DNA of 64,000 bases from Patescibacteria group bacterium (GTDB lineage Bacteria; Patescibacteriota; Microgenomatia; Levybacterales; UBA12049): positions 841,226-905,225 of the forward strand of contig BPJB01000001.1 in NCBI GenBank assembly GCA_026004395.1, read 5' to 3'. Under the pieces are notes generated by a model. It did not search any database, was not told the DNA's origin, and was given only the letters and a program-made list of their open reading frames with translations. Made by a program: the position numbers and the translations under genes. Numbering within the stretch: position 1 is the stretch's first letter; each line of letters opens with the position of its first letter. Shown here one piece after another: positions 31,572 through 41,685 of the stretch.

Positions 31572-31622
31572 AAAATCACGAAATGCCGCTCGAGTGTGAA
31601 TTTGCGATTTTTCTTACAATTC
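31572..31622. repeat. REP-like palindromic element, copy 3 (diverged; in the divergent promoter region between 30826..31494 and rplJ)
   Basis: aaatcacGaaatGccgctcgagtgtgaatttgCgattttTcttacaattct; 4 substitutions relative to copies 1 and 2. Confidence 0.8.
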
Positions 31623-32045
31623 TAACTAAATTCAAACTAAATTGAATATAATGAAGTATTTATGAAAATAGACTTTAAGTTTTATTTGACTTTAAAATAT
31701 TTATTAATTAAGTCTGTTTTTAAAAATAATTTGAGAAAAATATTTTCCTTTTTACCTACTTTTAATTTTTCACAAAGAATGTATCCCATATGTTTTAATG
31801 CAATTCGAAGCCTTGCATTTTACTAATTTATTTGCTAGAATGTTTTTATCCAGAGACAGCTGGTTCTGATAAACAGAATAAATCCAGCCGAGGAGAAAAT
31901 ACACGACGCGTTTGAGGAAAGCAATACCTTTACTTCGAACGAAGAAGATACACTCCTTGGCGAGTGTTTTTTTACGACAAAACAGTTTATTGTTTGTTAG
32001 ATAGACTTCAGAACCAAGTAGAAAATTCTGGAAGATATTACACAT

Positions 32046-32606
32046 ATGGCAAAAACAGCTGCGGTATCACATCAGGCAACTCCCTATACAGGACGCGCAA
32101 GAAAAGAAGCAATTGTCAAAGAACTTTCTGAAAAAATTCAAAAAGCAAAAGCATTTGTGTTCACCAATTATCAAGGTCTTACGCATCAACAGCTCGAAGG
32201 GTTAAAGAAAGCAGTTAAAAAAATTGATGCAGAGTTTGTGGCTGTTAAAAATACTCTTATACTTAGAGCACTAAAGGACTATCCTCTATCAGAGGAAGAC
32301 AAGTCATATTTTAAAAATCCAACAGCTGTACTTTTTATCTACAGCGACATAGTAGAACCACTAAAACATTTAGCCAAAACAATAAAAGATCTTGGTCTTC
32401 CAGTAGTAAAGTTTGGTATTTTAGACAAAAAATCAATTACCGCTGAACAAGTTCTCAACCTAGCTACACTACCGCCACTTCCTGTACTTCGAGCGCAACT
32501 TTTAGGACAGATGAAATCGCCTATTCAAGGTTTACATCGAGCATTGCAATGGAATATTCAATCTTTAGTGATGACATTAAACGCTATTGCACAGAAAAAA
32601 TCTTAA
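32046..32606 (+). CDS. rplJ: 50S ribosomal protein L10
   Basis: KEAIVKELSEKIQKAKAFVFTNYQGLTHQQLEGLKKAVKK; followed by rplL. Confidence 0.85.
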   Translation: MAKTAAVSHQATPYTGRARKEAIVKELSEKIQKAKAFVFTNYQGLTHQQLEGLKKAVKKIDAEFVAVKNTLILRALKDYPLSEEDKSYFKNPTAVLFIYSDIVEPLKHLAKTIKDLGLPVVKFGILDKKSITAEQVLNLATLPPLPVLRAQLLGQMKSPIQGLHRALQWNIQSLVMTLNAIAQKKS

Positions 32607-32681
32607 CGTTTGTCCTTGCGACAAGCAAAGCGAGGAGAAATCTCCTCTAAACAAAAATCAAGGAAAGGTGGTGAATGAAAA

Positions 32682-33077
32682 ATGGCAAAACTTTCTAAAG
32701 AAGAATTAATTGAAGCAATTGAGCAGATGTCTGTTCTTGAGCTCTCAGATCTGGTGAAAGCACTTGAAGAAAAGTTTGGAGTAAGTGCGGCTGCGATGGC
32801 CGTTGCTGCTGCTCCTCAACCAGCGGCAGGAGCACAAGCTGAATCTGCTCCAGCTGAAGAACAAACAGTTTTCAATGTTGTTCTTACCAATCCTGGAGCC
32901 AACAAAATAGCTGTAATTAAAGCAATACGGGAATTAGTTCCAACACTGGGGCTTAAAGAAGCTAAAGATCTTGTCGATACTGCTCCAAAAGAAATCCTAA
33001 CGCAGGTCAACAAAAAAACAGCAGAAGAAGCAAAAGAGAAGTTAACGGCTGCAGGTGCAACTGTAGAACTCAAATAA
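32682..33077 (+). CDS. rplL: 50S ribosomal protein L7/L12
   Basis: [38 protein letters not shown], Ala/Pro hinge, C-terminal [12 protein letters not shown]...[12 protein letters not shown]. Confidence 0.9.
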   Translation: MAKLSKEELIEAIEQMSVLELSDLVKALEEKFGVSAAAMAVAAAPQPAAGAQAESAPAEEQTVFNVVLTNPGANKIAVIKAIRELVPTLGLKEAKDLVDTAPKEILTQVNKKTAEEAKEKLTAAGATVELK

Positions 33078-33103
33078 GCTTTCTTCTTTGTTTCTAAAAA
33101 AGT

Positions 33104-33163
33104 ATCTAGTATCAAGTAAATTGTATTTGGCAAATCCATTGCATACTTGTACTAGATATTTTT
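33104..33163 (+). terminator. Long imperfect hairpin plus T-run downstream of rplL (terminator/attenuator-like)
   Basis: ATCTAGTAtCAAGTA (33104..33118) pairs with TACTTGTACTAGAT (33144..33157) with a 1-nt bulge, ~25-nt loop, followed by ATTTTT. Confidence 0.4.
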
Positions 33164-33275
33164 AGTTAAACGATGTTCTCTTTGTTGAGTGTAAAAAATT
33201 CATGCCCTAACGGTTTTTACTCCATAAGGAAAATTTGCTCTTGACAGAGATCATTTTCTCAACTACGCTGAAGTT

Positions 33276-36200
33276 ATGGGGTTTCTATCACCCATCACAT
33301 TACTTTATCAACAGCTTTCTTTGAAAAAAAGATATATCTTACTTACTCTTTTACTTTTCATACTCCTCCCACTTTTTCTTCTTGTAGCTTTTCGATCAAC
33401 AGAACTTCGCAATCGTGCATCCACCACAGCTTCTCTTGAAGCGGAGGACGGTACAGTTGTAGGTGATGTCCAAATCATATCCGATGCCAGTGCCTCCTCA
33501 GGAAAATACATTGAATTTTCCAAATCAAACACAGCAATCATTGGAACAAAATATTATGTAGATTGTGTAAATGGCAATGATAATAACAGTGGCACATCAG
33601 AAAACTCAGCTTGGAAATCATTAACAAAAGCCAGTCAAGCCAATCTTTCACCGGGAGATGGGTTACTCCTCAAACAGGGATGTGTATTCTCTGACTCTTT
33701 AAGCATCCCTTGGCAAGCAACTGATACAGCTCCTATTGTTATTTCATCTTATGGACAAGGAAATCCTCCTATTATCAGAACATCGGTCAATAACTCAGCA
33801 GGTGTAAAAATTAGCGGATCTTATATCATCATACAAAATATAACAGCCGAGGGTATAGCTCCAACAATTGATCCGGGTTGTTCGGATAATTCTAAAGGCT
33901 ATATAGTCGGTTTTCAGTTAGAGGATGGCTCTCATCATATAACCTTAAGAAACGTAAAGGCAACAGGAAACTATGCAGGAGTATATATCAAAACAAACTC
34001 GTCATTCAACAAAATTCTCAACAGTACATTTGCAAATAACCGTATGATGAACCCACTTGATACAGCAAGTGATAATGACGCAGGCGCATTTGGTATCCTT
34101 ATTCATGGAAAAGATAATGAAATTGCTTATAATACTCTCTCTGGACAGGATGCGTGCTCATATGATTATGGTAGAGATGGTGCGGACATTGAGGTATATA
34201 AAGGACAAAGAAATAACATTCATCATAATATAGGCAGTAATAGCGATGCATTTACTGAACTAGGTGGTGACAGTAGCATAAAGGCTGCAGATAATATATA
34301 TGCCTATAATGTCTTCACATCTTCTCTAAATAAATCAATTTTTCTTGTAACTCGTGGATCAGGAGTAAAATACGGTCCCGTGTATAGGACAAAGCTTTAT
34401 AACAACTCAGTGTACCTAACTGGCGGATCATCGCAAGGATTTGTCTGCCATGCAGGCTGCAGTAGCGAAATTCTCACTATGCGCAACAATATCATCAAAG
34501 CTGGTCAAAAAGATGGCTACGCTGATGGTACATTTGATGAAAATTATAATCTTTATGGAGGAACATCCCAACAATTTACTCTTGGACCAAATAGCAAAAA
34601 AGCAGACCCTCGATTCACTAGTACAATCAATCTTCATCTTCAAGCGGGCAGTCCAGCCATTGACGCTGGCAGCCAAGACTCAATATCAGCAGGATATCGA
34701 AATGATTTAGACAATACTCCTGTTCCACAAGGTAGTGCTGTTGATATGGGTGCATATGAATATAGATCAGTACTTGGAGCCAAAACACAGGCAATTGGAG
34801 GACAAGTTCTGCAAGCATCTTCAAAGCCAATAACTATCGCGGCAGTTGGCGATATGAATCCAGATGGCAACACTAGCACCACCTCACCCTCTGGTAAGAA
34901 CGCTGCGGCAATAGCAGCAGGATTGGCAAATGGATCAATTGATGCATTTTTAGGTCTTGGCGATTTTCAATACAGCATTGGCAACTGCTCATCATTCGTT
35001 AATTATTGGAATCGTTTATGGAGTGGCACCAAATCTAAACTCTATTGGATAAGTGCTCCTAACCATGACTGGGAGCCAGGACGAAATGAGGATTTGGATG
35101 ATTTTATGAATGGAGCCTGCCCCGGTGATAACGTAAAAAGTGCTATTAATGCTCAGCGTGGATTTATCGGCAATGGTGATCCGTATTCTTTTGATATTGG
35201 TAATTGGCATTTTGCGATGCTTAGCACTGCCTTATGGCGTTATGATACAACCAAAGCAAGACAAGTAACTACATGGCTTGATAACGACCTCGCGCAAGCA
35301 AAAGCTGCTGGCAAATTTCTTGTCGTTGCCTACCATGATCCCTATTTTACCAGCAACACCTCTTCCCACAGCCGGGAGACAGCTGTGAAACCTTGGATAG
35401 ATATTATGGACAAATATGATGTACGATTGACATTGTCAGGTTCTCAACATAACTATGAGAGATCCTGTCCTGTCACCAAAGATGATATCTGTGCTGCAGA
35501 GAACGATCCGAATGGCATGACAGCATTTCAAGTCTCAACTGGCGGAATTGGACTACGTTCATTTACAAGCTCACCCTCCTATATTGTCAAAAGGTTTTCC
35601 GATACATGGGGCTGGCTTAAATTATCTCTTTATCCTGACGGATCTTTCTCATGGCAATTTAATCCCGTACAAGGATCAAGCACCGACTCCGGATTTCGAC
35701 CTGCTCCGGGAAGCAGTATCTCCCCTGCTCCAACATCCACTCCGACTCCATCTCTGACACCTACACCCCTTCCTTCACCAACACCAACTGCTTCTCTTTC
35801 AACACCTACTCCAACAGCCACTCCATGCCCAGTTATACCCCAAAATGCTGGATCAGTAGTAACATCTATTACAATTCCTACAGAGGGAACATATGCTGTC
35901 TGGTCTAGAATCAAAGCGAACGATGAATTTAACAACTCTTACTTTCTGCAGATAGATGACTCCTGTCCATATGTTGTGGGTGATGCATCTTTGATCTCTA
36001 AAGATGCATGGAGTTGGGTGAATTACCAAAATGGTAATCCGCAACAAAAGATTGAAATTAACCTTAAGCAGGGAACACATATTATTAAACTAATAGCACG
36101 TGAAACTGGGGTCAAAGTTGATAAACTCCTCTTTCTCTCTGATAGCAGCTGCATACCAACTGATTTAGGAGATAACTGTACTGCATCTACTCTTCCTACA

Positions 36201-37304
36201 CCCACGAATACCCCAACTCCTACACCAACATCTACTCCAACTCCTATTTCTACACCAACACCTACACCATCACCTACGCCAACAAGCACTAATACTCCCA
36301 CTCCACATCCAACCTCTTCAACTACACCTACACCGATTTTAGGACAAACCATAGATCTTTTACCTTTGGCTGATACTTTTGTACGAAAAGACCATCCAAC
36401 CCGCAACTATGGATCATCTACTCATCTTGAATCAGACGGTGATACAAGAGCGATCTCATATCTTAAATTTGATCTTAGAGCACTTGCTGGTAAATCTTTA
36501 ACAACTGCCCAATTATCACTAACAATAACCAATCCGTCTAAACAAGCGCACTATATTTATCTTTTGACCAATACAGCATGGGAAGAATCTACTATAAACT
36601 ATGCAACACGCATAGAACCTACAAACTCTCCTATCGCTTCAATTCCTCCTTCAGACAAAGGCAAAAAGCTTACAATCAATCTTACACCTGCTCTTAAAAA
36701 CCACTTAGGTGAAATAATCACTTTAGCAATTACTTCATCATCTAGCGATGGAATGGACTTCTACTCCAAAGAAGCAGCATCAGGCAAACCACTACTCTCC
36801 ATAGCAACAGATACTCAATCTGTTAGTACATTAAAAGAAGAAGTATTCTTACCTATTGATGATACATTTGTCCATAAAGACAACCCCCAAACCAATTATG
36901 GTTCATGGAAATCATTGGAAGTTGATGGGGATCCACAAAAAATTATATATATGAAATTTGATCTATCAAAGTTAGCAGGAAAAATAATTCGTCATGCAGA
37001 ATTAAGATTTCGTGTTAAAGATACTTCATACTCAACACAGATTATTCGTTTTGTTGAAAATCATCAATGGGATGAGCACACTTTAAATTTTGTAAAACGA
37101 TACCAACCCTCACTACCAATTCGAACAATTCATGGAGGTAAAAAGGATACTTATCTTAACATTGACGTTACCTCAGTTGTACAGCTTAAAGCAGGCACTA
37201 TTTTTTCTTTTTTGATTGAATCAAACGGTAGTGATGGACTTGATATCTACTCCAAAGAGATACCCAATCCTGACTATCGTCCCGCACTGATAGTATCCTA
37301 CTAA
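33276..37304 (+). CDS. Giant secreted multidomain protein: signal anchor, right-handed beta-helix region, purple-acid-phosphatase-like metallophosphoesterase, PT linkers, two tandem DNRLRE-like C-terminal domains
   Basis: Metallophosphatase motifs GDMNPDG, GDFQY, NHDWEPG, YHDPYF, GSQHNYERS. Two ~150-aa internal repeats (LPLADTFVRKDHPTRNYGSS...YLKFDL / LPIDDTFVHKDNPQTNYGSW...YMKFDL) match the DNRLRE domain pattern. The minus-strand ORFs inside are frame shadows of the PT linkers. Confidence 0.6.
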   Translation: MGFLSPITLLYQQLSLKKRYILLTLLLFILLPLFLLVAFRSTELRNRASTTASLEAEDGTVVGDVQIISDASASSGKYIEFSKSNTAIIGTKYYVDCVNGNDNNSGTSENSAWKSLTKASQANLSPGDGLLLKQGCVFSDSLSIPWQATDTAPIVISSYGQGNPPIIRTSVNNSAGVKISGSYIIIQNITAEGIAPTIDPGCSDNSKGYIVGFQLEDGSHHITLRNVKATGNYAGVYIKTNSSFNKILNSTFANNRMMNPLDTASDNDAGAFGILIHGKDNEIAYNTLSGQDACSYDYGRDGADIEVYKGQRNNIHHNIGSNSDAFTELGGDSSIKAADNIYAYNVFTSSLNKSIFLVTRGSGVKYGPVYRTKLYNNSVYLTGGSSQGFVCHAGCSSEILTMRNNIIKAGQKDGYADGTFDENYNLYGGTSQQFTLGPNSKKADPRFTSTINLHLQAGSPAIDAGSQDSISAGYRNDLDNTPVPQGSAVDMGAYEYRSVLGAKTQAIGGQVLQASSKPITIAAVGDMNPDGNTSTTSPSGKNAAAIAAGLANGSIDAFLGLGDFQYSIGNCSSFVNYWNRLWSGTKSKLYWISAPNHDWEPGRNEDLDDFMNGACPGDNVKSAINAQRGFIGNGDPYSFDIGNWHFAMLSTALWRYDTTKARQVTTWLDNDLAQAKAAGKFLVVAYHDPYFTSNTSSHSRETAVKPWIDIMDKYDVRLTLSGSQHNYERSCPVTKDDICAAENDPNGMTAFQVSTGGIGLRSFTSSPSYIVKRFSDTWGWLKLSLYPDGSFSWQFNPVQGSSTDSGFRPAPGSSISPAPTSTPTPSLTPTPLPSPTPTASLSTPTPTATPCPVIPQNAGSVVTSITIPTEGTYAVWSRIKANDEFNNSYFLQIDDSCPYVVGDASLISKDAWSWVNYQNGNPQQKIEINLKQGTHIIKLIARETGVKVDKLLFLSDSSCIPTDLGDNCTASTLPTPTNTPTPTPTSTPTPISTPTPTPSPTPTSTNTPTPHPTSSTTPTPILGQTIDLLPLADTFVRKDHPTRNYGSSTHLESDGDTRAISYLKFDLRALAGKSLTTAQLSLTITNPSKQAHYIYLLTNTAWEESTINYATRIEPTNSPIASIPPSDKGKKLTINLTPALKNHLGEIITLAITSSSSDGMDFYSKEAASGKPLLSIATDTQSVSTLKEEVFLPIDDTFVHKDNPQTNYGSWKSLEVDGDPQKIIYMKFDLSKLAGKIIRHAELRFRVKDTSYSTQIIRFVENHQWDEHTLNFVKRYQPSLPIRTIHGGKKDTYLNIDVTSVVQLKAGTIFSFLIESNGSDGLDIYSKEIPNPDYRPALIVSY

Positions 37305-38468
37305 AAAGATTGTTAAAAATTTACAAAAATTTGTTCTTAACCAATATTATTTCTTCTCAGTCATACCAAATAATATTCGACCTATTGATGACTACTAAAC
37401 AGCAAAAAAATTAAATAAAATAGCCTAAAACCAAAATAATTTATGGCTTGGCAATATATTCCAATTTTTGGAAATCATTTCATTTTTAATAAGATCTAAG
37501 CAATTTTTATGATTATGGTAAAAATTAAGTCAAGATATACAAACTTTCTAACAAAGATCAAGGCTTTATTTAAAAACGACTAAACTCTATAACATCAATT
37601 AATAAATCTCTTTATTTAAAGATACTCAAAGTTATTTTCAGATGCAGAAATTGTTGTACTTTTTATTTGTGTAAATATATTAGGATTATTTTGATAATCT
37701 AATCTTATTTAATGAATAAAAATAATATACAAGAATCATTCTTATTAAAATGTTGAACAAATTTAGAATGCAGATTAGACAGCAATCTTAAAATCCATTG
37801 TTCTGTAAAAACCATTCCTGTAAAAACTCTAATTCTATTATGAAATATCGCAGTTTATAAAAGTATGTGGATATCCCCCAAAAATCCACATACTTTAGGA
37901 TGTAGATAAACTACCTTATAATGGCATACTATAGGAAAAATAAAATGCAAAATTAAATCTTATAGCAAAAAATAAAAGGATTATAAAATAAAATTAATTA
38001 AAACAAATCTTCTAAAGTCAAACTGTATACTGATAGAAAATTTACTATTTTTTTAATTTATTAAAATAATAAATCTTTATAATAATTAGCACTTAAGATC
38101 TATTAATGCTTATTGTTTAATACACTGCTTGCAAATAATTAACGGTCGATGCCTAAGAAGCTTTGACTTAATAGATTAATTATCTTAGTAGTTTTCAGGT
38201 AAAAAAAATTTTTTATTCTTCAAATTAGTCGGAGTAAAAAACAATACTTCACTGCTTAAGTAGAATATCAGGAAAAAAAATTCTTCTAAAAGCTGAAGAT
38301 TCTCTAAGCTCTGATTAATAAAATTAATTTACCCTATTGGGTGATTCAAGATTTAGCATCATCTCATACTTATCTGAATTCAACTTTTATTTTTTTATTT
38401 TTATTGTTTTCTTTAAGTTCTTCCATCAATTGAAATTCACAACTGCTTGTGGATGTATTTTAGAAGCA

Positions 38469-39047
38469 TTATTGACTACCGGTATTTACCTCACCAGTGG
38501 TATCTGTATTGTGCCCACCGGTATTGTTTTCTAATAAACTTGGAATTCTTAACCCATTTTGATCGAATTTAAATCCAAATAATGTGCCCAAAACCAGATT
38601 AAGAATCAGGAATGAGCCAAAGACTACAATCAAGCCGATTATGGCACCGATAATCGTATAACGTGCTGACTCGACTTTGGTCTTATCACCACCTGATGTG
38701 ATCCATTTGATCCCTCCCCAGATGAGGAAGATAATAGCTACCAATGCACCTGCTATCAGCAAATAGGTGAGAATAGTTTTGAAAAGTGTATCAGCACTAG
38801 TAGTGGTGCAGAGTACTTGTAGCTTCCCATCTTTTGGACATAAAGAAATACTCTGTTGATCAGTTGTTGATGTACTGGGTGTGGGAGTAGGCTGTGAAGA
38901 TTGAGAAAAATCAAATGCAGACCAAGCGGCAAGTGCTTGAGGAGCTGAAGTAAAGTAAAGTGAAAAAATTAGTACTGCGGAAAGCAATTTTCTACGAGAA
39001 GAAATCATAGCTAATTTAGCATAAGCATATAAAAAATGAAATGTCAA
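38469..39047 (-). CDS. Small secreted 2-TM protein, possibly VirB2/TrbC-like pilin or holin-like (probable start at 39005, MISSRR...)
   Basis: Signal peptide (SAPQALAAW), PT tract, then helix (LLIAGALVAIIFLIWGGIKWI), charged loop (TSGGDKTKVESARYT), helix (IIGAIIGLIVVFGSFLILNLVL): the VirB2/TrbC topology. No other T4SS genes are nearby. Confidence 0.3.
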   Translation of the reverse strand: MTFHFLYAYAKLAMISSRRKLLSAVLIFSLYFTSAPQALAAWSAFDFSQSSQPTPTPSTSTTDQQSISLCPKDGKLQVLCTTTSADTLFKTILTYLLIAGALVAIIFLIWGGIKWITSGGDKTKVESARYTIIGAIIGLIVVFGSFLILNLVLGTLFGFKFDQNGLRIPSLLENNTGGHNTDTTGEVNTGSQ

Positions 39048-39560
39048 ATTAATTTTTAAAAAAAATCAATACATTGGCGCTATTTTTCATTTTTCATAAT
39101 AAAATAGTTTATGGCAGAAATATTTTCAAGTTTATGTACTGCAGTATTAAAAAAATAGCAGATCATGATCACTAGAATATCTAATTAGATTCGAAGATGA
39201 CTATTGGATCAGTCTTATTACTTTGTTCATCATGTTGCTGTTGGTAATAATAATTATGGGTTTTTATATCTTCTAATTTTTCTCTACCCCGCTTGTCTTC
39301 TGATTTTATGATGCAATCCCTTAATAGTTGCTTTCTTCCAAACTATATAATTCTTTTCTATATTACCACCCCACCACTCTTTTACAACTCACTCTTTGAG
39401 AGTGTGATAAAAGTTTCCAACTAGAGAGATCTTATTTATCAAGCTATGATATTCGTTAAAAACGAAGATCTTAGTACATCTTAGAGCAAAATATGAACTC
39501 TAGGTTTTCTCTCTATAAACATTTTTAAAGTCATTTGTAAAAAAACATATTTTATTTTTT

Positions 39561-40337
39561 GGTAATTATGTAAAAATCGATACAATTCTAGTAAATGTTA
39601 CAAATAATGGATCGATTTAACTGTCTGTTTTGCATTTATGGACGACTCAAAACAAATTCTGAGAGTGCGATGCAAAAGGAGATACTCGTATGAGCGTACA
39701 AACGTATCAAGAAGATCCTTGAATATTCCACGTTGGAGATACCTACACACCGTGTAGCAAAGTTTATGAAGATTAACCACAGAACTGTTTTGAACATATA
39801 CCAAAAGCTTCGAAAATTGCTTGCTGATGAATCTCACAAGGAGCGGAAGAAAGTGCTTTCTGGTGAGATCGAGATTGATTGATGATGCCTACTTTGGCAA
39901 ACGAAAAGGACAACGAAGGAGAGCTGTGCTGAGGAGGTGCTTGTTTTGGGCATGCTTGAAAGACATGGAAAGGTGTTTACTACTCTTCCTGAGAAATTGG
40001 GAGTTCCCCAAGTTGCAAAGATCATTCAACGGTAGTCTGAAAAAGGTAGTATCTTTTACACGGACAAGTACCGTTCCTAAAATTCGCTGGTATTCTTCGG
40101 AAAACACCTGAGACTTGATCATCCAAAGGAGTTTGTGAGAGAGGGAAACATTCATCTTAACGGACTGGAAGGCTTTTGAAGTTTTGCCAAAGAAAGAATC
40201 CTCCAATACCATGGTGTTTCGAGAAGATACTTCTTCTATTATCTGAAAGAGCTTGAGTTTTGGTACAACCATAGACAAGAAAACCTCTACCCTACTTTGA
40301 CAAATTTTTATTTTATGTCGAAAAGTACATAATTACC
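39561..40337 (+). mobile_element. Degraded IS1595-family insertion sequence (~777 bp) with terminal inverted repeats and an inactivated transposase
   Basis: IRL ggtaattatgtaaaaatcga (39561..39580) matches the reverse complement of IRR (40318..40337) at 12/12 then 4/8 positions. The internal ORF from ATG 39607 reads MDRF...GEIEIDDAYFGKRKGQRRR [frameshift] ...LGMLERHGKV...GSIFYTDKYRS*NSL...VREGNIHLNGLEGF*SFAKERILQYHGVSRRYFFYYLKELEFWYNHR, matching the IS1595 DDE transposase consensus. One frameshift and three stops fall at conserved Y, Y and W positions. Confidence 0.7.
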
Positions 40338-40388
40338 AAAATAATTATTATTTGTATAAAATGAAATGATATAATTTAATAGTCTCAT

Positions 40389-41603
40389 ATGGATGATACA
40401 AGTAATGAAATTGAAATAATTGATGGTGGGTCAAAAGTTGATTTTTATGAAGCAGACACAGGAGAGTCCGCTGTTGGGTTTTCAGCACAAGCTCAGCGTG
40501 ATAAATTTTTAGGTGGAAGTGCAAATGAAACTACAAATACTATGCTTGAAGAAAAGAAGCCAATCTTACCACCAATTGATGAAGTTAAATCACACGTACT
40601 ACGCTGGTCTGATCCAAATGTCAGAAGACAATATGCTGATGCTGTCCAATCATTGTATCGAGCTGAAGAGGTAGATACGCCTGAAGGAAAAAGAATAAAT
40701 ATGGTCAGAACAAGCATCATGGATTTAACTCATTCTGTTCAAGGAACACAACAGAAAATTCACAACATTGGTACTGCACATGATAAAAATCCTAACTCGG
40801 AAATGAATGTAATATTAAGGGAAAGAGTACAAAATTATATTGAACAAACACCTCGTGAACAACGATATTTTATGTTAGAAGGCTGGAACGCACCAGAAGG
40901 ACAAGATCTACCTAAGGAGTACAGAGACTTACTGGATAGTGTCAAACAGCAAGAAGGTGAAACAGAGGAGGATGCATATCAAAGAGTGGTACAAAGATTT
41001 GGTGAACAGGGAATAGGATTATTCTATGCAATGAAGTTGGGTATTCCAGTAGACTTTCATACTGAGATCTCACAAGAAAAAGAAGTTGAAGCATTTAAGG
41101 CAGCAGGACTATCGGAAACAGATATTGCTGCGTTTTTACTGCCAAAATATTTAGATATTTACAAACAAGGAAATGAGTTTAATCCTGATGATCAATTTAC
41201 TCAGCAACAAATTCTTGAGGCAATATCTAAAATAGCGAAGGTAACTGGTTGGAAAAAAGACGAACTTGAGACATTATCACCTGATCAACAAAGAAAATTT
41301 ATTGCACAAGCTGTAGCAGAAGTAAATCAAGTTACTCAGAAAGAAATTGGTAGAGTTATTATTAGTTCTGATTATCGACCTCAATATAAATTTGCCAATG
41401 AGATAGCAAGTTATCGAGATAGATCACGTGTTGCATCTACAATGTTTAGTGTAGGAATCGATACTAGAGATTTACATGTTACTGAGCGTGCTTATAAAGC
41501 AGTCCAAGAAGGTAAAAGTCCATTCCTAATATTTGGAGACTCACATACTTACAAGATTGATCCAGCGCTTACATACCTATCCTCACAAGCAAAAGCTGCC
41601 TAA
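40389..41603 (+). CDS. Hypothetical cytoplasmic protein (404 aa) sandwiched between IS remnants
   Basis: Long ORF in the local low-GC context with no signal peptide and no recognised motif. Confidence 0.4.
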   Translation: MDDTSNEIEIIDGGSKVDFYEADTGESAVGFSAQAQRDKFLGGSANETTNTMLEEKKPILPPIDEVKSHVLRWSDPNVRRQYADAVQSLYRAEEVDTPEGKRINMVRTSIMDLTHSVQGTQQKIHNIGTAHDKNPNSEMNVILRERVQNYIEQTPREQRYFMLEGWNAPEGQDLPKEYRDLLDSVKQQEGETEEDAYQRVVQRFGEQGIGLFYAMKLGIPVDFHTEISQEKEVEAFKAAGLSETDIAAFLLPKYLDIYKQGNEFNPDDQFTQQQILEAISKIAKVTGWKKDELETLSPDQQRKFIAQAVAEVNQVTQKEIGRVIISSDYRPQYKFANEIASYRDRSRVASTMFSVGIDTRDLHVTERAYKAVQEGKSPFLIFGDSHTYKIDPALTYLSSQAKAA

Positions 41604-41685
41604 TTGCCTACGCTGTTGCAAAAATTAACCATATTTACTTCTTGTGCACGCAAATTAAAGTTGTGTATTAAGGTCTCCAAATAGG

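Noticed and set aside
31770-32045. Minus-strand ORF abutting the rplJ start
   Set aside because: Occupies the expected structured rplJ leader region; no homology; likely not a gene.
32616-32650. GAGGAG-AAAT-CTCCTC hairpin between rplJ and rplL, sharing the GAGGAG/CTCCTC arms with the 29242 terminator
   Set aside because: No T-tract follows and the stem is short. It could be a minor intercistronic structure, but it cannot be distinguished from chance by eye.
34428-36406. Multiple minus- and plus-strand ORFs inside the 1342-aa gene (e.g. 35630..35935, 36023..36406 with G/V-rich translations)
   Set aside because: Reverse-frame shadows of Pro/Thr-rich linker codons (ACN/CCN gives NGT/NGG); the host ORF has strong domain evidence.
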